Source: a virus
Lineage: Duplodnaviria > Caudoviricetes
Length of the DNA: 52,148 nt
Strand: one strand, 5' to 3'
IMG/VR virus record: IMGVR_UViG_3300020171_000007
Span: 1 to 52,148 of that record
Positions 28,745 to 37,464 of the stretch are shown here, piece after piece; position 1 is the stretch's first letter; every line of letters starts with the position of its first letter. Below the pieces are notes generated by a model. That model did not search any database. It had not been told where the DNA came from and saw only the letters and a program-made list of their open reading frames with translations. Made by a program: the position numbers and the translations under genes.

Positions 28745-29126
28745 ATGGATCAAATAAATATAGCTTGGGTTGCTGGATTGTTCGACGGTGAGGGTTGTGT
28801 GTTGACGCGATGGCCGAAAAAAAAGAGAAGCAACATTAGAAATAAAAATGGTTCACAAGCCGTCATTAGAGAAACTTATATTGGTTGTAGGCGGCAATTT
28901 AACGCGGCGGCTAAAAAACGGAGGATTTGGAAAACGAACGCAGTGGCGTTGGCGTGTTAGTGATGCACAAGCCGTGATTGTCGGAAGACTGATGTTGCCG
29001 TACCTTTGTGAAAAGAAGGAACAGGTCGAGGCACTTATTGCATTCAAAGAAGCCAAAGATGATTGTTCCAGAACCAAGTTTGCTGGGATAATTAAAACAT
29101 TGAAACATAAAGAGTTTGATTGGTGA
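28745..29126 (+). pseudogene. Single-motif LAGLIDADG homing endonuclease, frameshifted in an A8 run
   Basis: WVAGLFDGEGC in the first frame; LEIKM...GG...WRWRV...LPYL.EKKEQ in the +1 frame; deleting one A at 28817-28824 fuses them. Confidence 0.75.
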
Positions 29127-29157
29127 TTCAAGCCCGGTACATGATAACCGACAATAT

Positions 29158-29270
29158 GCTGGCGTGGCGGAAGAATAGAGACGCTAATTGGCTTAAGGTT
29201 ACACAGGGTGGGCAAGCCTTTAACCATTGAAACATCCTGTCCATGCAGGTATCAAATCCTGCCGCCAGCC
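29158..29270 (+). ncRNA. tRNA-like RNA (class II-type D arm) with extended anticodon arm and possible pseudoknot
   Basis: Acceptor GCTGGCG/CGCCAGC, TG-GCG-GAA..AGA-CGC D arm, T arm GCAGG-TATCAAAT-CCTGC; no canonical anticodon stem-loop. Confidence 0.55.
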
Positions 29271-29304
29271 CCTAACTATAAAGGCTCAAAGGAGGTGATA
29301 CCAA

Positions 29305-29598
29305 GTGACCAAACAAGAGGTAGAGGAAGTATTCCTTGCAATAAAAGAAATGGTTGACAAGATCCCATCACAAGTGGCTACTCTTTTGGAAAAATTTAAG
29401 ACTATTGAGTTTAATGGCGAGAGTCCAGAAAATATGAAGGCTATATTTGAATTGGACTGTATAGCGATAAATTTTCGAGAGGGTTTAGGAAAGTTTATCC
29501 ATATTTTAAGATGGGGAAATTATTTCTACGATCCCGACGGAGACGATTTCACTTTTACGTCTGGTGAGCAAAATCTATCAGTCCGTTTGGATTGTTAG
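29305..29598 (+). CDS. Hypothetical protein
   Basis: GGAGGTG RBS, GTG start. Confidence 0.55.
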   Translation: MTKQEVEEVFLAIKEMVDKIPSQVATLLEKFKTIEFNGESPENMKAIFELDCIAINFREGLGKFIHILRWGNYFYDPDGDDFTFTSGEQNLSVRLDC

Positions 29599-29845
29599 AT
29601 GTCGGGGGGCAGCGCATCCGACTTATAAACACGCTGATTGGCTTGTATATAAAGGAAGGGGGTGGTGCCCGTGACGATTGATCCTAATCTGACTCCTAAT
29701 GGGCACAGGCCGGGGGACGCATCCGGCATAAAACACGCTGATTGAAAGGGGTGATGCTTGTGATCAATCCATTACCTGGTCAAGCAATAGGGCGTTAGTC
29801 AGGGGCCGGTCCGAGCTGACAATCCAAGACGAGACCGGAGGAGGA

Positions 29846-30127
29846 GTGAAGATGCAGAAATATGAATGTAAATATGATGAAATATCTGGCTACACGGTTC
29901 CATCTGATAAGGGCAACTTTTACCTCGTCTCCGAAGTGGATGCCGCCCTTGCGGAGAAGGATAGGGTAATTGCCAAAACTATTCAGTTCGGTCTTGAACA
30001 TACGGACCAAAAGAATAAGCAGATCGCCATGCTGGTCGCCGAGAACAAGCGGCTGAAGGAGGAGGAGGCGGCAAAGTATAAAGCCTTCTGGGAACAGTCC
30101 CGGATGGCCAGACGGATGGAGGTGTGA
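29846..30127 (+). CDS. Coiled-coil hypothetical protein
   Basis: GGAGGAG RBS; shares repeats with next gene. Confidence 0.55.
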   Translation: MKMQKYECKYDEISGYTVPSDKGNFYLVSEVDAALAEKDRVIAKTIQFGLEHTDQKNKQIAMLVAENKRLKEEEAAKYKAFWEQSRMARRMEV

Positions 30128-30128
30128 G

Positions 30129-30650
30129 GTGGATAAAGTTAAGGAGTTTATTAAACACTCAAAATGGTGCCTTGACAAGACAATTCAGCCATGTATTGCA
30201 AATTGTCAGCTCACGGTAGAGCAACAGAGAGAAGCCATTTCTATTATCGAAACTCAGTATGAGCAGATCGCCACGTTAAAAGAGCAGATAATTATACAGA
30301 AAGGTATGATAGGATGGCGAGATGGTAAAATGCGGGAACAACTTGAACAGATCGCCACGCTGAAGGAAGAAGGTCAAGAGGGCGCAAGAATAAATAATCA
30401 TAATGTTGAGGTGTTATCTCAGCAGATCGCCGCCCTGACCACCGAGTTAATAAGATGGAAAGCAGTATCTCCTGACAGGTGTAATCTTGAATATATTCTC
30501 TCTCTTGAAAATAATAGCAAGACCCTGACCGTCGAGAACAAGCGGCTGAAGGAGGCGCTGGACACCATAGAAAGTATGGCGACAGATACTACCCATGACA
30601 TACAAGGAATCGCCCAAACCGCCCTCGGGAAGGAGGAAAGCCATGACTGA
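30129..30650 (+). CDS. Coiled-coil hypothetical protein with QIAxL repeats
   Basis: GGAGG RBS; three QIA(T/A)L units. Confidence 0.6.
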   Translation: MDKVKEFIKHSKWCLDKTIQPCIANCQLTVEQQREAISIIETQYEQIATLKEQIIIQKGMIGWRDGKMREQLEQIATLKEEGQEGARINNHNVEVLSQQIAALTTELIRWKAVSPDRCNLEYILSLENNSKTLTVENKRLKEALDTIESMATDTTHDIQGIAQTALGKEESHD

Positions 30651-30737
30651 TTTAGTGGACGCAATTAGAGTACTATCGATTGTGTTGGCACTGGGGATTT
30701 TGGCATTAGTAATAGCTATTTTAAGTGGGAGGAAGCC

Positions 30738-30989
30738 ATGAGTGATTGTCCTGTGTGTAAGCAAGAATACACCATCTATGGATGCCAGTGTCTGAAGGTT
30801 GGCGAGCCAGTTCCTTTGGATGGCAGCATTACATCCTACAAGGGACTGGAGGAGATCTCAAAGATCACAATGCGTGAGGCGGCATTATCCGAAACGCTGA
30901 CGCCCAAGATCAACGAGATCATCGAGAGGGTGAATCTCCTGACGAATTTCTTGATCAGGCGGAAGAATAAGGAGGTTAAAAATGTCTAG
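30738..30989 (+). CDS. Hypothetical protein with N-terminal Cys motif
   Basis: GGAGG RBS, CPVC..CQC. Confidence 0.55.
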   Translation: MSDCPVCKQEYTIYGCQCLKVGEPVPLDGSITSYKGLEEISKITMREAALSETLTPKINEIIERVNLLTNFLIRRKNKEVKNV

Positions 30990-31236
30990 TAAAAAAGAAG
31001 AAGCAAAAGCATATGAGAGATTAAGGAAAGTATTTCCAGGATGTAATGTATCCTTAGACTGCAGACATGAGTCTTGGTATCCTAAACCTTATTACAGAGC
31101 CTATGCAGATAGCTCTGATGGTGTTGGAGGAAGTTTTGGACAGGGAGATACTCCCAATGAAGCAATAGACAATCTAATCAGAAGAAAGGAGGAGCTTAAA
31201 CAAAAGATGATAGATGAGAAAGAGAATGCCAAATAA
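30982..31236 (+). CDS. Hypothetical protein
   Basis: AGGAGG RBS; GQGDTPNEAI. Confidence 0.55.
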   Translation: MSSKKEEAKAYERLRKVFPGCNVSLDCRHESWYPKPYYRAYADSSDGVGGSFGQGDTPNEAIDNLIRRKEELKQKMIDEKENAK

Positions 31237-31265
31237 CCTAAACCACTTTTTGAAAGGAGAAAGAA

Positions 31266-31724
31266 ATGTCATTAGTAGATTACAGTTCAATGGAAAAGGA
31301 AATCGCTGAAGCTCCGGAACCTACTATCATCACCAAAGGAACCGAGGTCAAAGCCAGAATCATCGGAGTAAACTCTGGTGTCAGCGAAAAGAACTTCGCA
31401 ACTTGGTATATGCCCAGATTCGATGTTCCTGCTGAGCCGAACTCAAAGGAATTCAATGCATTCTTCTGGGATCTGGCTGATCTCTCCAAGCTGGAGCCGA
31501 AGCAAGCAGCCGGCGCTCTCCGTGATTTCAAGAACTTCGCGGCCTGCTTTGGTCTGGATTACTCCAAGCCTTTCGACTGGGAAGACTCCCTGTTCGGCCT
31601 CGAAGGCTGGATCATAGTTGGAGTTGGTAAAGACACTGGATTTGGAATCCAGAACAATGTCTCGAAGTATCTGAACAGAGGTGGAGCAACAACTGCACAG
31701 TCTACAGAAGGTGCTCCATTTTAG
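31266..31724 (+). CDS. Single-stranded DNA-binding protein-like (DUF669-type OB fold)
   Basis: Beta-rich fold, C-terminal tail ending in PF, biased codons, replication context. Confidence 0.6.
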   Translation: MSLVDYSSMEKEIAEAPEPTIITKGTEVKARIIGVNSGVSEKNFATWYMPRFDVPAEPNSKEFNAFFWDLADLSKLEPKQAAGALRDFKNFAACFGLDYSKPFDWEDSLFGLEGWIIVGVGKDTGFGIQNNVSKYLNRGGATTAQSTEGAPF

Positions 31725-31727
31725 TTC

Positions 31728-31742
31728 GTTTAACCATTAAAC
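31728..31742. promoter_or_regulatory. Dispersed palindrome copy 13
   Basis: GTTTAA CCA TTAAAC. Confidence 0.85.
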
Positions 31743-31848
31743 AATCTAAATGGATGCAGTAGCAGGGGTGGTTCACACGAAGACACTGCACAGCAAATTC
31801 CGGCTGGCTTAGCTACTGCATCCTTTAGACTAAAGAAAGGAGATTAAG

Positions 31849-32157
31849 ATGAACAAAGTTCAATTCATGACTCATGTAGAAGATGCTTTTGCTCGTAGGA
31901 AGGAGCTTCTCAAGAGGAAGGAGAAGGAGTATTCGAGTGGAGGAGATAGACTGGAGCAGTTCTACCGTGCAGGTGCAGCTCAGAACATCCTTCCCACTGA
32001 AGCCCTAATGGGAATGGCTGCAAAGCACTTCACTTCCATCGCAGATATGTGTAAGGATCCTTCAAACTATACCTCAAATCAGTGGTTTGGGAAGCTCGAT
32101 GATCTGAGAAATTATATGGATCTTCTCGATGCTCTTGTTACAGATTTGGAGGAATGA
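31849..32157 (+). CDS. Nucleotide modification associated domain 1-like (MazG-like all-alpha) protein
   Basis: LLKRKEKEYS..DRLEQF, KH, DDLRNYMDLL pattern; adjacent to dCMP deaminase. Confidence 0.6.
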   Translation: MNKVQFMTHVEDAFARRKELLKRKEKEYSSGGDRLEQFYRAGAAQNILPTEALMGMAAKHFTSIADMCKDPSNYTSNQWFGKLDDLRNYMDLLDALVTDLEE

Positions 32158-32161
32158 GGTT

Positions 32162-32716
32162 ATGACTTGCGAGACGGTACAACATGGTACAATTTCAAAA
32201 TCTTGGGACAATTACTTTCGCCTGATCTGTCAAGCAGCCGCTTCAAAATCTCCATGCCTTTCTCGCAAGATAGGTGCTATCCTCGTGAGGGATCGTTCGA
32301 TAGTCTCGACCGGCTACAATGGTCCTTCACGAGGGATTCCTCATTGTGGTAAGGAAAGAATGAATAGTGATAAACTTCTATCAGATAAACTAATACATCT
32401 ACACGCAGGATTTAATTTATGGCGAGATATCTGTCCTCGTCAACTGATGCAATATAAGAGTGGAGAAGGTATGGAGTGGTGTCCAGCTCAACACGCTGAG
32501 GAAAATGCCATCTCTAACGCAGCTCGACTAGGTGTCTCGGTGCTTGGCTCAACTTTGTATATGAACAGTGTTATACCATGTAAGAATTGCTTCGGGACAC
32601 TAATTAATAGTGGGATCACCGAAGTAGTAATCGACGAAGTCAAGTCCTATGATAAGTATACAAGTTACTTAATTGATAACTCTGATATCAAGATAAGGAG
32701 ATTTGAATGTCAGTAA
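32162..32716 (+). CDS. dCMP deaminase
   Basis: SPCLSRKIGA, STGYNG, HAEENA, PCKNC. Confidence 0.9.
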   Translation: MTCETVQHGTISKSWDNYFRLICQAAASKSPCLSRKIGAILVRDRSIVSTGYNGPSRGIPHCGKERMNSDKLLSDKLIHLHAGFNLWRDICPRQLMQYKSGEGMEWCPAQHAEENAISNAARLGVSVLGSTLYMNSVIPCKNCFGTLINSGITEVVIDEVKSYDKYTSYLIDNSDIKIRRFECQ

Positions 32717-32863
32717 CCTATCTCACTTGGTGGGGATTCTCTATCAATGAAGGTGGAGGGCCAGTTAATATCCATATGTCTTGGATAAGATCTGGATATT
32801 GGTTCTATTTTTATATCTTCATTTTCGGGTGGAGATACTATAAGATATTTGAGAGGAGAAATT

Positions 32864-33127
32864 ATGACAGATCCTGATTATAAGCCTAGATTTTCATTTG
32901 AAATCTCTGAAGAGCAAATGCTTCGCGCTAACAATCTCCTCGCTCAATATGGTCTACGCAAAGCTATCTTCGGAAAGATTTTAGATGATGTATTAGACGC
33001 TATAGAGTCTAATGCCGGTATGGCTATCGGTCTCCTTATGTCGGAGAAGGTAGTCATGAATGGGATAGTGACTTGCTTAACTAATAGGTTACCTAAACCC
33101 AAGAAAGGTGGGAAGAAAGATGGATAA
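32864..33127 (+). CDS. Hypothetical protein
   Basis: AGGAG RBS before ATG 32864. Confidence 0.6.
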   Translation: MTDPDYKPRFSFEISEEQMLRANNLLAQYGLRKAIFGKILDDVLDAIESNAGMAIGLLMSEKVVMNGIVTCLTNRLPKPKKGGKKDG

Positions 33128-33344
33128 AGTAATAAAGCTCACCCATGATTCCCTAATAGCTCTAATACAGGGAAAGAAGTTACATGTTATAGTTGAGGAT
33201 AGTCATTTCATTTTCTTACCTCCTACTGATAGAGTATTCGTAACTCATGAGCAGCTTATCGCTATGAGACATCAAGATCAGATGAGAGTACTTAACTTTA
33301 TAAGGTCTTTAGCTTCATATACACAGGAGGAGAAAGATGGCTGA
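33120..33344 (+). CDS. Hypothetical protein
   Basis: Overlapping neighbours in operon. Confidence 0.5.
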   Translation: MDKVIKLTHDSLIALIQGKKLHVIVEDSHFIFLPPTDRVFVTHEQLIAMRHQDQMRVLNFIRSLASYTQEEKDG

Positions 33345-33552
33345 CTTAGATGATCTCGGCTATCCATCAATCATAGATATGGAAACTGATGAGGCTATTG
33401 ACTTGCTCCGTCAGATCCGTCTATCTCGAAGGACGCCTGACAAGAAACCTTCAACTCGAACTACAACGAAGAAAACTTTAGCAAAGGTAACTACTGCGGT
33501 CGACGCTAACATGGCTGCTGAACTCTTAAGACTTCTCGGAGGAATACAATGA
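33337..33552 (+). CDS. Hypothetical protein coupled to ParB-MTase
   Basis: AGGAGG RBS; ATGA overlap with next gene. Confidence 0.6.
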   Translation: MADLDDLGYPSIIDMETDEAIDLLRQIRLSRRTPDKKPSTRTTTKKTLAKVTTAVDANMAAELLRLLGGIQ

Positions 33553-34895
33553 ACAGTATCCAAGTTGGCCGTGTCGGTATGGTATCTCCAACCCAAGTAA
33601 CCGTAACAGAAAATCGTGCCCGAGAGATCATGGGAGATCTAGATGAACTCGAAGCTAGCCTAAAAGAAAGTGGCCTCATCGCTCCATTAGCAGTGAAGGA
33701 TAATAAAGATGGAACCTTCACACTCCTCGCTGGTGAGCGGCGCTTTACAATTCTTCAGCGAAATCAGGTACCAGAGATTCCAGTTCGTATCTATGACCAA
33801 GATCTCTCTGATATAGAGATGAAGGTGATTGAAAAATCTGAGAATTTTTTCCGCAAAGATATGGAGTTTTGGGAGCTGGATAAACTCACCTTGGAAATCC
33901 ACAGGATGCAACAGGCTTTGCATGGAGCTAGTTCACCTGGCCCAGGGGACTCCGGCTGGTCTGTTGAAGACACCGGAGACATGATAGGTGGTGTGTCCAA
34001 AGCTACTGTCTCCCAGGCCATTAAACGGGCTGAGCTTCGTGAAGCTATTCCTGAAATCTTTGATGATTGTAAGACTGCAGCCGATGCACTCAAGTTGATT
34101 AAGAAACTCGATACGGCTGTACTCCAGCAAGCTCTTGCAAAGCAGATTGAGGAAAGGACTGAGACCGGCTCTTCGTTAATGCAGCTCTCAAAATCCTATA
34201 TTCTAGAGAATTGTTTTGTAGGGATTAAGAAAATCCCTGCTGGCGTGTTCCATCTTGTGGAAATAGATCCTCCTTACTCCATCAAGATCATGGAGCAGAA
34301 GAGAGCTGAAGGAGAGTCTCAGTATATAAAAGCTGATTACAATGAAGTTCCTGCCACCATCTACATGGATGGAGACGGACGTGATTGGCTTGGGATGAAG
34401 TATCTTTTCAAGGAGTGTTATAGGGTTATGACAGAGCACTCTTGGTTACTCTGCTGGTTTGGTCCGGAGCCTTGGTTTGAGGAGATGTATAATGCTATTA
34501 AGGGAGCAGGATTTGAAACAACAAGGATGTGTCCTATTTGGGTTAAGCCTTCTGGCCAAACCAAACAGCCGGAAACTAAACTCCCAAATTCATATGAGAT
34601 GTTCTTCTATGCCTGGAAGGGTCGTCCGGCTATTGCAAGACAAAGAGGTGGCAATACCTTTGTTTATTCACCTGTTCCACCGCAGCAGAAGTCTCATCCA
34701 ACTGAGCGCCCTCTCGATATGATGAAGGATATTTATGAGACCTTTGTCTTTCAAGGTTCTAGAGTTCTCATTCCTTTTCTTGGCTCCGGCTCTGGATTGA
34801 TTGCGGCTCATCAGTTAGGAATGACTGGCGTAGGATTTGAGCTGACCAAAGCATATAAGGATTCATTCTTGGTTAGAGCTCATTCGTTGAAATAG
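33549..34895 (+). CDS. ParB/Srx domain + HTH + amino (N6A/N4C) DNA methyltransferase fusion
   Basis: GLIAPLAV, LLAGERR, SENFFRKD; HTH WSVEDTGDMIGGVSKATVSQAI; DPPY, HPTERP, PFLGSG, GFEL. Confidence 0.88.
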   Translation: MNSIQVGRVGMVSPTQVTVTENRAREIMGDLDELEASLKESGLIAPLAVKDNKDGTFTLLAGERRFTILQRNQVPEIPVRIYDQDLSDIEMKVIEKSENFFRKDMEFWELDKLTLEIHRMQQALHGASSPGPGDSGWSVEDTGDMIGGVSKATVSQAIKRAELREAIPEIFDDCKTAADALKLIKKLDTAVLQQALAKQIEERTETGSSLMQLSKSYILENCFVGIKKIPAGVFHLVEIDPPYSIKIMEQKRAEGESQYIKADYNEVPATIYMDGDGRDWLGMKYLFKECYRVMTEHSWLLCWFGPEPWFEEMYNAIKGAGFETTRMCPIWVKPSGQTKQPETKLPNSYEMFFYAWKGRPAIARQRGGNTFVYSPVPPQQKSHPTERPLDMMKDIYETFVFQGSRVLIPFLGSGSGLIAAHQLGMTGVGFELTKAYKDSFLVRAHSLK

Positions 34896-34898
34896 TCT

Positions 34899-34913
34899 GT
34901 TTAATCATTAAAC
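34899..34913. promoter_or_regulatory. Dispersed palindrome copy 14
   Basis: GTTTAA TCA TTAAAC right after the ParB-MTase stop. Confidence 0.85.
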
Positions 34914-34935
34914 GATCTTGAATAAAGGAGCTTCA

Positions 34936-37455
34936 ATGCGACGAACTTTTGTCCCGCCCTCAGGTGACCCTTCAGCCAAACTTGCCGGCTGTGGGGAACA
35001 ACCAGGGTATCAAGAAGTACGCGCTAGACCACCTAAACCTTTCGTGGGTCCTGCTGGTCAGGGCTTAGACGAATGCTTGCTCATGACCAAGATTCCTAGA
35101 CGTGAGATTTATCTCACTAATGTAATCAAAGATCTTGATGCCCCACTCAAGCATTACATAGACCTAAACACCCGAGGAAGTTGGACTGTTTCGGCTGAAG
35201 GTCTTGAGTATATAAATGAACTGGGACGGGAGCTTCGGGCGCTCAGCCTCAATGTTATCGTAGCTTTCGGTAACATAGCCCTCCTCGCTCTCTGCAATAG
35301 GGTAGGGATTACTAAATGGAGAGGGTCTGTCTTAGAGTCCACTCTCGTCCCAGGTTTGAAGGTAATTCCTACCTTTCATCCTGCTACCTTCATTCCGCCA
35401 AAGTTTAATTTCCTAAACAAACCTATTATCTGCGAAGACCTTATGAGGGCTAAACATGAGTCTCAATCCAAAGACGTTAATAGAATTGCAAGATCTATCC
35501 ACACTCGCTGTGATTTTAATCAGACGATCAACACTCTCCGTCATTGCTACAGGGTCGGAAGACTTGGCCAGATCATTGGTATTGATATTGAAGTTATTAA
35601 CAGAGAAGTTGACTGTATAGGAGTTAGTTGGTCTCCAACCGAATCCATCTGCATTCCTCTCAGACATTCTGGAGGAGATTTCTTCACGCCAGAAGAAGAG
35701 CTCTCCATCATGCGAGGAATTGCCTATATCATCCAAGACGAAAACATAGCTAAGGTCGGCGCTTCTTTCATCTTCGATACTCAATTCTTATTCCACAAGT
35801 ATGGAATCGTCCCTCGTGGTGAACTCCACTGTACACAGATAGCACAGAAGATTGCTTATCCAGATTTTCCAGCCGGTCTCGATGCTGTCACCACTATGCA
35901 CACAGACATTCCTTACTACAAAGCCGATGGTAAGCAGTGGATGAAGATGGGGTATGGAACTTGGGATCAGTGGTGGAACTATAATGGTCTGGATGCTTTG
36001 GTTCCGGTAGATACTCTATCTAAGCAATTTGAAGTTCTCAAGCATCAGGGTAATGCTAAGACCTACGATAGGCAGCATAAGCTAATCAAGCCTCTCATCT
36101 ATATGTCTGAGCGTGGGATCTCTATTGATGTAGAAGGCATGATGATTTATGAAGGAGAACAGCACAAGATCCTTGATGAATTAGATCTTCAACTCAAAGC
36201 TGAAGTTGGCCGAGACATCAACTACAATTCACCCAAGCAACTGATGGAGTATTTTTACAAGGATCTTGGCATCAAACCTTATAAGAAGAAGAATGCTCAG
36301 GGAGCTTATAATGAATCAATAGATGTTGATGCTCTAAAACGCATTGTTAGACAGGGCACTAAGGCTTCAACCGCTGCTCGTATCATGTTAGATATTCGTA
36401 GCCTTAGTAAACGTATCTCTACTTATTTGAACATAGGAAAGGTGGATAAAGATGGACGCTATCGCTCAAGTTATAAGCCAGTTGGTGCTGAGACTGGCCG
36501 TCTTAGTTCTGGGGAGACAATCTTTGGTACTGGAGGTAATCAACAGAACTGGCCCCACGACTTACTCCGTTTCTTCCTCTTCGATGAAGGTTACATTGGA
36601 TACTCATTCGACCTTAGTCAAATTGAGAATAGAATTGTGGCCTATGTTGGAGGAGTCCTCACACAGATAGAAGCATTTGAAAAGGGTATTGACCTTCATA
36701 CCCTTACAGCCTCAATTATCTTCAACAAACCCTATGATCAGATCTCCAAAGTAGATGGATCATCATCTCTCGGTGACGGTCGTCAGAGTGAACGCTATTG
36801 GGGGAAAAAGCTAAATCATGGAACTAATTATGATGAAAGCTATAAAAAAGTCGCCTTAGTAAATGAATTACCTGAGTCTGAGGCCAAACAACTAATGGAG
36901 GAGATTCATCAAGGCTATCCTCAAATCCGGAGTGGTTATCATGCTACTATTCAAAATATGCTTAAGGAAAATAGAACCATTACGAACCTATTCGGTCGCA
37001 CTAGACTATTCCTTGGTCCAGTGTTTCCTTCTTATCCTAACGTCCCACAGCATGCTTGTACTGAGACGTACAGACAAGCCTATGCCCAACTCCCTCAATC
37101 TACTTGTGCTGATAAGATAAATGAGCAAGGGCTGGAATATATCTATTACAATCAGCACTTGTTTAGACCATTAGAATTGTTAGCACAGATTCATGATTCT
37201 ATTGTATTTCAGATTCCTCTAACTATCCCATGGGAAGAGCATGCTAGGATGCTTCTGTTGATTAAAGCATCACTTGAAACTCCTTTATTCTGGCATGAGA
37301 GAGAGATCAAAACTCCGGTTGATCTGGCTATGGGAAAAACTATGTGCAAAGAAGAAATGACTGAGATGAAAAGTAAAGATATCCCAAGCAGTGAGTCCGA
37401 GCTAGCTCTAAAGCTGGAATCGATCTATACAAAACTCCTCTCGAAGAAAAGCTAA
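34936..37455 (+). CDS. polA: Family A DNA polymerase with N-terminal family-4 uracil-DNA glycosylase-like domain
   Basis: UDG: GEQPG, PFVGPAG, TNVIK, FHPA; exonuclease GIDIE, YNGLD; polymerase TGRLSS, DLSQIENR, R...KKLNHG..Y, QIHDSI. Confidence 0.93.
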   Translation: MRRTFVPPSGDPSAKLAGCGEQPGYQEVRARPPKPFVGPAGQGLDECLLMTKIPRREIYLTNVIKDLDAPLKHYIDLNTRGSWTVSAEGLEYINELGRELRALSLNVIVAFGNIALLALCNRVGITKWRGSVLESTLVPGLKVIPTFHPATFIPPKFNFLNKPIICEDLMRAKHESQSKDVNRIARSIHTRCDFNQTINTLRHCYRVGRLGQIIGIDIEVINREVDCIGVSWSPTESICIPLRHSGGDFFTPEEELSIMRGIAYIIQDENIAKVGASFIFDTQFLFHKYGIVPRGELHCTQIAQKIAYPDFPAGLDAVTTMHTDIPYYKADGKQWMKMGYGTWDQWWNYNGLDALVPVDTLSKQFEVLKHQGNAKTYDRQHKLIKPLIYMSERGISIDVEGMMIYEGEQHKILDELDLQLKAEVGRDINYNSPKQLMEYFYKDLGIKPYKKKNAQGAYNESIDVDALKRIVRQGTKASTAARIMLDIRSLSKRISTYLNIGKVDKDGRYRSSYKPVGAETGRLSSGETIFGTGGNQQNWPHDLLRFFLFDEGYIGYSFDLSQIENRIVAYVGGVLTQIEAFEKGIDLHTLTASIIFNKPYDQISKVDGSSSLGDGRQSERYWGKKLNHGTNYDESYKKVALVNELPESEAKQLMEEIHQGYPQIRSGYHATIQNMLKENRTITNLFGRTRLFLGPVFPSYPNVPQHACTETYRQAYAQLPQSTCADKINEQGLEYIYYNQHLFRPLELLAQIHDSIVFQIPLTIPWEEHARMLLLIKASLETPLFWHEREIKTPVDLAMGKTMCKEEMTEMKSKDIPSSESELALKLESIYTKLLSKKS

Positions 37456-37464
37456 GGAGCTCTA

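Noticed and set aside
29158-29270. Canonical tRNA-Leu(TAA)
   Set aside because: CTTAAGG is not closed by a 5-bp anticodon stem, the D loop lacks GG and the T loop has 8 nt
33549-34895. Plasmid-prophage ParABS partition system
   Set aside because: No ParA or plasmid Rep recognised; ParB is fused to a methyltransferase
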